From an uncultured Myxococcales bacterium (GTDB lineage Bacteria > Myxococcota_A > UBA9042 > DTJE01), in NCBI GenBank assembly GCA_903857665.1, contig CAIOFV010000084.1, positions 16,294 to 80,293 of the forward strand: DNA of 64,000 bases. Direction: 5' to 3'. The notes below the pieces were generated by a model that was given only the letters and a program-made list of their open reading frames with translations, had not been told where the DNA came from and searched no databases. A program made the translations under genes and the position numbers. Positions 19,577 through 27,395 of the stretch are shown here, piece after piece. Position 1 is the stretch's first letter, and every line of letters starts with the position of its first letter.

Positions 19577-20134
19577 GTGTCTGCAAGCCGTTTCACGGCC
19601 CTGGTGGGGGGGGCTGCACTTGCCCTGCTGCTCGTCGCCTGTCAATCCAGGAACGTCTTCGAGCAGTGCGCCATGACCTCGAAGATGCAGGCCGACTGCA
19701 AGACGGCCATCGCCGCCGGCAGCGACCAGTGCAGCGAAGCCGAGGTCTTCTGCTACGACTCGTGCGTGGTGAAGGACCATCCGCAGTGCATCGAGGGCCC
19801 CTGTGTCCTGTACGAAAACCGGGACATCAACGCCTCGCAGCCGGCCAACTCGGCCTCGGCCTCGTTCTGCACCGTTCCCTGCCATGGCGAGGCCTGCCCG
19901 ACGGACGCGACGTGCCTCAAGATCCTCAGCCTCAAGCTCGCCTGCACCCAGGACTCGGACTGCACGGTCAACTCGCCGTGGTCCCGTTGCGAAACGCCCC
20001 GCTTCTGCGAAACCAGCAAGAAGGAATGCGAAGTGGCTGCGGATTGCGCGGGTCAGGCCTGCGTGGCCGACGACACGGCGGCGAAGTCCTGCTCGTTCAA
20101 GTTCTGCATTCCGAACATCTACACGCCCGGCTGA
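19577..20134 (+). CDS. small Cys-rich lipoprotein
   Basis: GTG start, GGAGG at -6. Lipobox ALLLVACQS. 24 Cys in about 160 aa. An ATG at 19544 is an alternative start. Confidence 0.6.
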   Translation: MSASRFTALVGGAALALLLVACQSRNVFEQCAMTSKMQADCKTAIAAGSDQCSEAEVFCYDSCVVKDHPQCIEGPCVLYENRDINASQPANSASASFCTVPCHGEACPTDATCLKILSLKLACTQDSDCTVNSPWSRCETPRFCETSKKECEVAADCAGQACVADDTAAKSCSFKFCIPNIYTPG

Positions 20135-20147
20135 CCCACTCCGCCCT

Positions 20148-20882
20148 CTACGGCTCCGGCATCCCTTCGACGACCACGGGTTCGGCCTGCTCGGGCAGGT
20201 GCGCCCGCCCGGAGAAATCGATGAAATGACCGGACCGGGCCGCCTTGGTTTCCAGGTAGAAGCGGTTGTACGCGTTCGGCGGCATCACGTGGGGGATCCG
20301 GCCCGTCACGCGCACGCCCAGATCCTGCAGTTGCTTCATCTTGTCCGGGTTGTTGGTCATCACCTGCACGGATTTCATGCCCATCGAGAAGATCATGTGC
20401 GCCGCGATGGCGTAGTCGCGCTCGTCGTCGCGGAAACCCAGTGCCCGGTTCGCCTCGACGGTGTCCAGGCCGCGGTCCTGCAACGCGTAGGCGCGCACCT
20501 TGTTGATCAACCCGATGCCGCGGCCCTCCTGGCGCAGGTACAGGACCGCCCCGAATTCCAGCGACCCGACCTTTCGCAGGGCCGCCTCCAACTGGTCCCG
20601 GCAGTCGCACCGCAGCGACCCCAGGGCATCCCCCGTCAGGCACTCGCTGTGCATCCGGATCGGCACGTCCTCCCGACCCACCACGTCGCCGCGCAGGATG
20701 GCCACGTGCTCCTTCCCGTCCCGGTTGTTCCAGAACGCCACGATGTGGAAGTCCCCGAAACGCGTGGGCAGCACCGCGACGCTGACGGGCCGGACGCACA
20801 GCCGTTTCGCACCGATCCCCTCGCATTCGTGCTCGCGCTCGTGATCGACGATCTCTTCCAGATGGGCCAGGGCTTCGCTCAT
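20148..20882 (-). CDS. ribA: GTP cyclohydrolase II
   Basis: HSECLTGDALGSLRCDCRDQL zinc motif, ...LYLRQEGRGIGL...MTNNP. ATG overlaps the stop of the upstream gene (ATGA). Confidence 0.85.
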   Translation of the reverse strand: MSEALAHLEEIVDHEREHECEGIGAKRLCVRPVSVAVLPTRFGDFHIVAFWNNRDGKEHVAILRGDVVGREDVPIRMHSECLTGDALGSLRCDCRDQLEAALRKVGSLEFGAVLYLRQEGRGIGLINKVRAYALQDRGLDTVEANRALGFRDDERDYAIAAHMIFSMGMKSVQVMTNNPDKMKQLQDLGVRVTGRIPHVMPPNAYNRFYLETKAARSGHFIDFSGRAHLPEQAEPVVVEGMPEP

Positions 20883-21934
20883 CCCTTCGTCCTCTCGGCC
20901 AGGCGGACCGCCAGCAGACGACCCGACGTCCAGGCAGCCTCGACGCCTCCGCCTTCGGCAAACACCTCGCCGGTGATGCCCAGGGTCCGCCCGCCGGCGC
21001 CCTCGACGACCAGGGGTCCGGCCAGCTCGTTGCCCGACTCGGTGCGCCCGAACTGCCAGTGGCGCACCTGGGTCCACGTCGGGTGGGCCGCCCACTCGCC
21101 GAACAGGCGCGCCGTTTCGGCCAGAAGCCCCTGCGTCCAGGCATCCACCGGTTCGCCGGCGTGCTGGCGCGACCACCGGGCCGCCGCCTGGATCACCAGT
21201 ACCGTCCACTTCGGATCCGGGCGCTTGGCCGAATCGTGCACGACATCCTTGAGGATCATCGAGGTCTCGGGGAAGGCGACGTCCCATGCCGGGGCGGGCG
21301 CATCTGCAGGATACCCGGCAATCACTGTCAGGCAGGGCACGCTGGAGGCCACCATCCGCAACAGGTGCCGCGCGCCCTCCAGTTCCAGGTCGCCCGGGGG
21401 CAACCCGTCCACCAGGGCCAGCGTCTCTTCCGTGGCCAGGGCCAGCACGACGAACCGGGCCCGCGCCGTGCCGCCACCCGCCAGGTCCAGCCGCCACAGG
21501 GCGCCGTCCGGATGCATCGCCAGCACCGTCGTCACCAGCCGCACGTCCAGGCCCGCGGCCATCATCTTCGGGAACGCCGTGACGCCCTCGGCATAGGCGG
21601 CGCGCCGCTCGCCGGGCGCGAACGCATCCGGCTGGCAGGGGGTGCCCGTGCCTTCGATCCGCGAGGGCCACCCATCGAGGATCGTGGCGCCAGGCACCGA
21701 GCGGACCGCGTCCAGGAACGCAGGGTCGGACCCGTGCAGGAACGCCACGCCGTGATCGACGGGCTGGCCCTCGATGCGCCGGGTGGCGCACCGCCCTCCC
21801 ACGCCGCGACCGCGGTCCAGCAGCGTCACCGGGATGCCCTTGTGGGCCAGGTCCCGCGCGCAGGCAAGACCGGCGACACCGGCACCCACCACCAGTACGC
21901 CCGGGTGGGGATCGAGCGGAAAGACGGTATTCAT
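20879..21934 (-). CDS. NAD(P)/FAD-dependent oxidoreductase (renalase/amine-oxidase-like)
   Basis: Dinucleotide fold GVLVVGAGVAGLACARDL. Translationally coupled to ribA. Confidence 0.7.
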   Translation of the reverse strand: MNTVFPLDPHPGVLVVGAGVAGLACARDLAHKGIPVTLLDRGRGVGGRCATRRIEGQPVDHGVAFLHGSDPAFLDAVRSVPGATILDGWPSRIEGTGTPCQPDAFAPGERRAAYAEGVTAFPKMMAAGLDVRLVTTVLAMHPDGALWRLDLAGGGTARARFVVLALATEETLALVDGLPPGDLELEGARHLLRMVASSVPCLTVIAGYPADAPAPAWDVAFPETSMILKDVVHDSAKRPDPKWTVLVIQAAARWSRQHAGEPVDAWTQGLLAETARLFGEWAAHPTWTQVRHWQFGRTESGNELAGPLVVEGAGGRTLGITGEVFAEGGGVEAAWTSGRLLAVRLAERTKG

Positions 21935-22027
21935 GCGTCCAATGTTCAGGTATCGGCTCGCGGATGGCAACCGGGAACGACGCCTTCCCGTACGATCGAG
22001 GATCGGTACGCAGTCAGGCCCGGAGGC

Positions 22028-23788
22028 TCAGGCGCCTCGACGCAGGACGCGCCCAGGCAACGGGTCCGGGTGGAAGCCGTCCGGGTCCACGACGGCCTGC
22101 CCGTTGATGAACACGGTGTGGATGCCCTCGGGGAAGTGCGCCGGATCCTGCGCGGTGGAATGCGAGGACAGGCGACGCTCGTCGAACACCACCAGGTCGG
22201 CGAACGCCCCGGGACGCACGCGACCGCGATCGCGGATGCCCATCTGGTCGGCCGGCAGGGACGTGGCGCGGCGTATGCCCTCGGCCATCGTCACGACCCC
22301 GCGATCCCGGGCATACCCGCCCAGCCAGCGCGGGTACGCGTCGTAGAACAGGTGCGACGGCATGCCGAAGCCCAGCAGGATCGTGTCGGTAACGATCGAA
22401 ACATGCGGGTTGCCCAGGGCCGCCAGCACCGATCGCTCGACGAAGGGATCGCCCGGGTACGTCGCGGTTTCGAACACCAGCACGCGCCCCTGCTCTTCCA
22501 CCAGCAGGTCGCACGCCACGTCGAAGGGGTGCCGCCCCGATTCGTCGCCGATCTGCTGAAGGCTTTTTCCTTCGAGCCGCTTGTTGTGCGGCAGCGTCAC
22601 GGACATGATGAACGCCGCGTCCCAGCCCATCACCTTGAACACGTTGAAGGACCACGAGTCGCGCCCACGGTGCGGCCACGCCACGTCCCCGTTCTCGATG
22701 CTCCGCCGGATCTCGACGCGCTGGACCGGGTCCTGCAGGCGCCCAAGCATCGCCCGGATGCCGCCCTGGAGGGTCCAGGGCGGGAAGAACGCCAGCAGGT
22801 GCGTGAACCCCGCCGAGGTCGGCATCCCGTCGAACCCGATCGGCTCGCCGGCGTCGGCGGCCTTGAAGGCCTTCTCCATCCGACTGGCCAGCAGCCCGTC
22901 GATCGGGATGGGCAGCGGCAGCGTTTCGTACAGGCGGCTGGCCAGGTTGATGGCGTGGTGCGCCAGGCGGTCCAGCGGGTAGTTCAGCCGGGGGATGCAG
23001 AAGAGGTGGCTGACCTGCAGCGGGACCTCGGCGGCCCGGCACACGTCCATCACCTCGTCCAGCGCCTGGACCATGGTGTCCGAGTTGTACGACCGCAGGT
23101 GCGACGTGAAGATGCCGTTGTACCGGTGGATGACGCGGGCCAGTTCCGTCAGTTCCAGGGAATCGGACGCCAGGCCCGGGAAGTACATCAGGCCGGTGGA
23201 CATGCCCAGCGCGCCCGCCTCCATGCAGTCCGCCAGCATGCCCTTGAGGGCCCGCAGGTCCACCGGATCCGCGGTTTCGTTCCGGTCGCCCATCGCGTTC
23301 AGACGGAGGATGCCGTGGGGCGCCAGGAACCCCGCGTTCAGCAGCGTGCCCTGCGATTCGCACGTGTCCAGCATCTCGCCGAACGTGCTCCAGTGGACGT
23401 TGTCGTCCTGGGGCGCCCCCAGGAAGAAGTCGAAGAACGTGAAGATATCGGCCTTGTGCTTCGGGAACACCGGCGCCATCGACACGCCGCAGTTGCCCCC
23501 GACGAACGTGGTGATGCCCTGGCGGACCAGCGGTTCCAGGATCCCCGCGTGATCCGGCCGGACCAGGGTCATGTCCGCGTGCGAGTGGGCGTCGATGAAG
23601 CCCGGGCAAAGCGCCAGGCCGCGGGCGTTCACGCGACGGGCGGCGGTCGCGTCCTCGAGGGTCCCGATGGCGGCGATGCGGTCACCCTTCACGCCGACGT
23701 CGGCGGTGAAAGGCAGGCGTCCCGAGCCGTCGTAGACGCGGGCCCCTTCGATGACGACGTCGAACCGCGGAGCCACCTGGATTGCCAT
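22028..23788 (-). CDS. N-acyl-D-amino-acid deacylase (D-aminoacylase) family amidohydrolase
   Basis: FIDAHSHAD metal-binding start. ...PHVSIVTDT..., the D-aminoacylase/amidohydrolase_3 family. 586 aa. Confidence 0.8.
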   Translation of the reverse strand: MAIQVAPRFDVVIEGARVYDGSGRLPFTADVGVKGDRIAAIGTLEDATAARRVNARGLALCPGFIDAHSHADMTLVRPDHAGILEPLVRQGITTFVGGNCGVSMAPVFPKHKADIFTFFDFFLGAPQDDNVHWSTFGEMLDTCESQGTLLNAGFLAPHGILRLNAMGDRNETADPVDLRALKGMLADCMEAGALGMSTGLMYFPGLASDSLELTELARVIHRYNGIFTSHLRSYNSDTMVQALDEVMDVCRAAEVPLQVSHLFCIPRLNYPLDRLAHHAINLASRLYETLPLPIPIDGLLASRMEKAFKAADAGEPIGFDGMPTSAGFTHLLAFFPPWTLQGGIRAMLGRLQDPVQRVEIRRSIENGDVAWPHRGRDSWSFNVFKVMGWDAAFIMSVTLPHNKRLEGKSLQQIGDESGRHPFDVACDLLVEEQGRVLVFETATYPGDPFVERSVLAALGNPHVSIVTDTILLGFGMPSHLFYDAYPRWLGGYARDRGVVTMAEGIRRATSLPADQMGIRDRGRVRPGAFADLVVFDERRLSSHSTAQDPAHFPEGIHTVFINGQAVVDPDGFHPDPLPGRVLRRGA

Positions 23789-23869
23789 GGGAGCCTCCGT
23801 GCCGGTACCCGAGGCGACAGTGTAGCAGACATGACGCGCTCGACGCGATGCGCAAACCCGGGCCCGGCG

Positions 23870-25075
23870 TCACCCGTTCCCTGATCGAAGGGTCCGTGCC
23901 ATGCACCGGGCGAGGTTCCCGTCGTCGTCCCGATCGTGCATCGAGCCCCCCTGGCAGGCCGCCCATTCCCCGCACGACGCGCACGGCCCGCGGCGCAGGC
24001 GGGCGCGGTCGCGGAACGGCTGGAATCGGTTCTTCCACACCTCGGACACGCGGTCGGACCGGGCATCGCCCTGGACGTTGAACCCTGAATGGATGACGGG
24101 GCACCCCACGATGCGGCCGTCGTGCTCGATGCCCAGCACCGTGACGCCGGCCCGGCAGTACAGGAACGACCCGCGCAGCAGACCCCCCTCCCACTCCAGG
24201 CCGCACCACCCGTCGTCCACGAACTCGATTTCGATCGCACGGCGGCCCTCGCGGAACGCGACGCGCTGCTCGGCCACCCACGACAGCACCCGGCGCAGGG
24301 CGGCGGGGGTGAGCACCTCGTCGGGCGCGTCGGCCGCCCGTCCCACGGGGAAGATCGCGGACAGGCGCGCGAATCGGATGCCCAGGTCCTCGAAGCGCTG
24401 AAACACGGCCGGGACCTCCGGCAGGTTCAGCGGCGACGCCGCGCAGATGGTCGTGGTGCCCAGGTCCGGGTATCGCCGCTGCACGTACTCGATGGCGCGC
24501 CAGGTGTGCGCGCCGGCCGAGGCGTCGCCCCGGAGCACCCGCTGGGCCTCGCCGATCCCGTCCACCGAGATCGTGGGGCACTTCATGCCCGCGTCCACCA
24601 GCCGATCCAGCAGCGACAGGTCGCGGCCGTAGGCGACGCCGTTCGAGTCCACCGCCACGGTGCGGAATCCCAGGCGCACCATGTACGCGACGATCTCGAC
24701 CAGGTCCGGCCGCAGCGTCGCCTCGCCGCCGGTGATGCCGATCATGATCCCCGCCGGGTCGAAGTCCTCCGCCATTTCCGCGAAGACGCGCTTCACCTCG
24801 TCGGTGGACAGGTCGTCGCCCGGGCTCTCCTCGGAAGGCAGCACGCAGTACCGGCAGCGCAGGTTGCAGCGCCGGGTGGCCATCCAGATGACGAAGCGCA
24901 GCCTGGGGTTCGCCAGGATGTACCGGAAGTTCGAACGCCACTCGTCCAGGCTGGCGCGAAACGCCGGGTCCCGCACGCGGGCCGCCTGGATCGCGGGCAG
25001 CGCCTGGTCGAACGCCTGGGAAGGGGCGCAAGGCTCGTCGCGGGGATCGCGGGGATCGCGAGGCTCGTCCGGCAT
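23870..25075 (-). CDS. radical SAM enzyme with C-terminal SPASM/twitch-like Cys cluster
   Basis: CNLRCRYC (CX3CX2C) plus ITGGEATL. C-terminal C-x17-C...GPCASCGEWAACQGG...C auxiliary-cluster motif. ATG (25075-25073) overlaps the TGA of the upstream lipoprotein gene. Confidence 0.8.
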   Translation of the reverse strand: MPDEPRDPRDPRDEPCAPSQAFDQALPAIQAARVRDPAFRASLDEWRSNFRYILANPRLRFVIWMATRRCNLRCRYCVLPSEESPGDDLSTDEVKRVFAEMAEDFDPAGIMIGITGGEATLRPDLVEIVAYMVRLGFRTVAVDSNGVAYGRDLSLLDRLVDAGMKCPTISVDGIGEAQRVLRGDASAGAHTWRAIEYVQRRYPDLGTTTICAASPLNLPEVPAVFQRFEDLGIRFARLSAIFPVGRAADAPDEVLTPAALRRVLSWVAEQRVAFREGRRAIEIEFVDDGWCGLEWEGGLLRGSFLYCRAGVTVLGIEHDGRIVGCPVIHSGFNVQGDARSDRVSEVWKNRFQPFRDRARLRRGPCASCGEWAACQGGSMHDRDDDGNLARCMARTLRSGNG

Positions 25076-25935
25076 CACGACGTCTTCACGCAGGCGTTGG
25101 TGATGCCGACGTTCGCGCACGTCGAGCCGTCCGGGCAGGGCGTTCCCGCCGGGTCGCACACGATCGGCAGGCAGACCTCGGTGGCGACGATGCAGAACAT
25201 GTCCGCCGGGCAGCCGTCCCTGCAGAAGTTCTGGGGCGACGTGCAGGCCGCGTCCGACGAGCACGGGGCCCAGTAGCCCCCGGCGACCTTCGTGGGCTGC
25301 CGGACGCAGGTCTTCATCATCGACCCTGCGGACTTGTTGTCGTAGGGCATGCAGGTCGATCCGTCGGGGCAGGCGTCGCTGGCGCCGCACGCCTTCGGCA
25401 TGCACGCCGGGATGCCGCACCCGGGCACGGCGACGATGCAGATCGCCTCGTTGGTGCAGTAGTACTCCTGGCTGCAGTCGCCATCGACGAGGCACGCGGC
25501 CTGGAATCCGCCCGCCGGCGGGACCGGCGCCACGTCCGGGCCCGGGTCGAACGGTGCGATCGCGATGGCGTCGGGAGGCAGGTCCGCCGGGCCCGGGTCG
25601 AGCGGGGCGATCGCGATCATCTCCGGCGGCGCGTCCACCGGGCCCGGATCGAACGGCGCGATGGCGATCAGTTCCGGCCACGCGTCCACCGGCCCCGGGT
25701 CGAAGGGCGGCGCAATCGCGATGACTTCCGGGTCCACCCAGCCGTCGGGCATGTCCGGCCGATCGGCGACGATGTCCGTGGGGGCGTCGGCCTTGTCCTT
25801 CTGGCCGTCGCTCGGGCACCCGGTCAATCCCAGCGGCGCCAGGATCATCATCGCGCCCCCCGTGTAGAGGCGGCGGCGGTCCAGCCACCTGGGGCGGCGC
25901 GCACCGCGCGCGGAGCCATCGCTTCCCTTCGCCAT
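25075..25935 (-). CDS. lipoprotein with four 16-aa Pro-rich tandem repeats (IAIAPFDPGPVDAPPE) and a 20-Cys C-terminal domain
   Basis: RBS GGAGGGG. n-region RPRWLDRRR, lipobox LGLTGC. Repeats then about 140 aa with 20 Cys. The long upstream part of ORF 25075..26910 is non-coding. Confidence 0.7.
   Translation of the reverse strand: MAKGSDGSARGARRPRWLDRRRLYTGGAMMILAPLGLTGCPSDGQKDKADAPTDIVADRPDMPDGWVDPEVIAIAPPFDPGPVDAWPELIAIAPFDPGPVDAPPEMIAIAPLDPGPADLPPDAIAIAPFDPGPDVAPVPPAGGFQAACLVDGDCSQEYYCTNEAICIVAVPGCGIPACMPKACGASDACPDGSTCMPYDNKSAGSMMKTCVRQPTKVAGGYWAPCSSDAACTSPQNFCRDGCPADMFCIVATEVCLPIVCDPAGTPCPDGSTCANVGITNACVKTS
25515..25728. repeat. 4 x 48-bp in-frame tandem repeat (encodes the 16-aa IAIAPFDPGPVDAPPE units)
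   Basis: Period-48 nucleotide repetition visible in GGGCCCGGGTCGA(A/G)CGG(C/G)GCGATCGCGAT units. Confidence 0.5.
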
Positions 25936-26040
25936 GTGTCCCCTCCCCCCGGGTTGCCCTGGAGCCATGATACAAAAATGGAAGGGACACCGTCCACGTT
26001 TCCGGCTACCTTCGCCCCATCTTCCCCGGAGGGCACCACC

Positions 26041-26745
26041 ATGCCGCGCGCGAACGATCGGCCCGTCGACCAGCTGCGGAGCGTCCGCATCCTCACAGGG
26101 GTCCAGAAGGATCCCTGGGGATCGGTTCAGATCGCGTTCGAGGACACCGTGGTCCTGGTCGCCGCCACGGTGGCCGAACAGGTTCCGCCGTGGCTGAAGG
26201 GCAAGGGCCGCGGATGGATCACGGCCGAGTACTCCATGCTCCCGGGTTCGACGCCGGGCCGCCAGGGGCGGGTCCAGAAAGGGCGCTCGGAAGAAATCCA
26301 GCGCCTGGTCGGCCGGTCGCTGCGGGCCATGGTGGACCTCGCGGCGCTGGGCGAGCGCCTGATCACGGTGGACTGCGACGTGCTCCAGGCCGACGCGGGG
26401 ACGCGCTGCGCCTCGATCACGGGCGGGTGCGTGGCGGTCGAACTGGCGGTCCGCCGACTGCTGCGCGAGGGGCTTCTGCCGGCATCCCCGATCCGTCGCC
26501 GGGTCTGCGCGGTGTCCTGCGCCCTCGTCGATGGAGTGCCGGTCCTGGATCCCGATTATTCCGAAGATCATCGCGCGGACGTGGACGCGAACTTCGTCTT
26601 CTGCGAGGACGGACGCCTGGTCGAGGTGCAGGGCACCGCCGAGGGCGAACCCTTCGACACCGCGTCCCTGGAAGCCCTGCTGCGCCTTGCCCGGAAGGGG
26701 GCCGACGCGCTGTTCGACATCCAGCGCGCGACCGTCGGGAGTTGA
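26041..26745 (+). CDS. rph: ribonuclease PH
   Basis: MPRANDRPVDQLRSVRI...GWITAEYSMLPGST...LVGRSLRAMVDLAALGE..., the RNase PH family. RBS GGAGGG. Confidence 0.9.
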   Translation: MPRANDRPVDQLRSVRILTGVQKDPWGSVQIAFEDTVVLVAATVAEQVPPWLKGKGRGWITAEYSMLPGSTPGRQGRVQKGRSEEIQRLVGRSLRAMVDLAALGERLITVDCDVLQADAGTRCASITGGCVAVELAVRRLLREGLLPASPIRRRVCAVSCALVDGVPVLDPDYSEDHRADVDANFVFCEDGRLVEVQGTAEGEPFDTASLEALLRLARKGADALFDIQRATVGS

Positions 26746-27395
26746 ACCGCGACCGTCTGTTCCCCCTGCCCTTGAAAAGCATCTTCCAGCGGCGACAAGA
26801 AACGGATATCCTTGGTCACGGTACCCGGGCGACGGGACGCCGCAGGACTGTTTCGAGGGCCCGGGGGCGGGCCCGAACGGGCCGCGGCCCGGGCGCAGGC
26901 CGGCAGGCATGCCGCCCGTCGCGCCACGGAAGGCATGCGAGTGCCTGGCATGGAAGCCGGGTGGCAGGGCGATGGCAAGGAACTTGCAGAATCGTCCTCG
27001 GAAGGTGTTGGTCGTTCGGGGGTCCGAATGGCCAACCCATTAAAAGAGTGAACGACTGTAGGTGGACGGGTCGGGTCCTGGAAGCGCGCAGGGTGCGCAA
27101 CAAATGCGCGCATGGGGCAATTAATGTCAGTCCTTGCCCAGGTGGTTGAACGCAACAATCGTGTCGGGGAGTCCCCACTGCGACGGGACAACGGAAGGCT
27201 CCCGACCCTGAGCGGGCGACCTGTTCGGACACCAACCGAACCTCCAACGCGTCGTGCTTCCCAGAAATTCCTGGAGGGATCGTTTGCTTCCTCCGGAAAT
27301 GACTGCGACCGATGTTCCAGGCTTCCAGGTGCTCTGGCCGGGTGTCCGCTCGATGGCGTCGAGGACGGGGTGCGGCACGTGTCGGAGGTACAGTC

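Noticed and set aside
18083-19885. 600-aa minus-strand ORF antisense to gcvH/gcvPA
   Set aside because: Antisense to a highly conserved operon. Low-complexity product.
21059-23884. 941-aa + strand ORF
   Set aside because: Antisense to the FAD-oxidoreductase and D-aminoacylase genes. Arg/Pro/Gly-rich.
27000-27060. tRNA-like T-arm (GGTCGTTCGGGGGTCCGAATGG)
   Set aside because: No acceptor stem, anticodon arm or CCA context. Just a GC hairpin.
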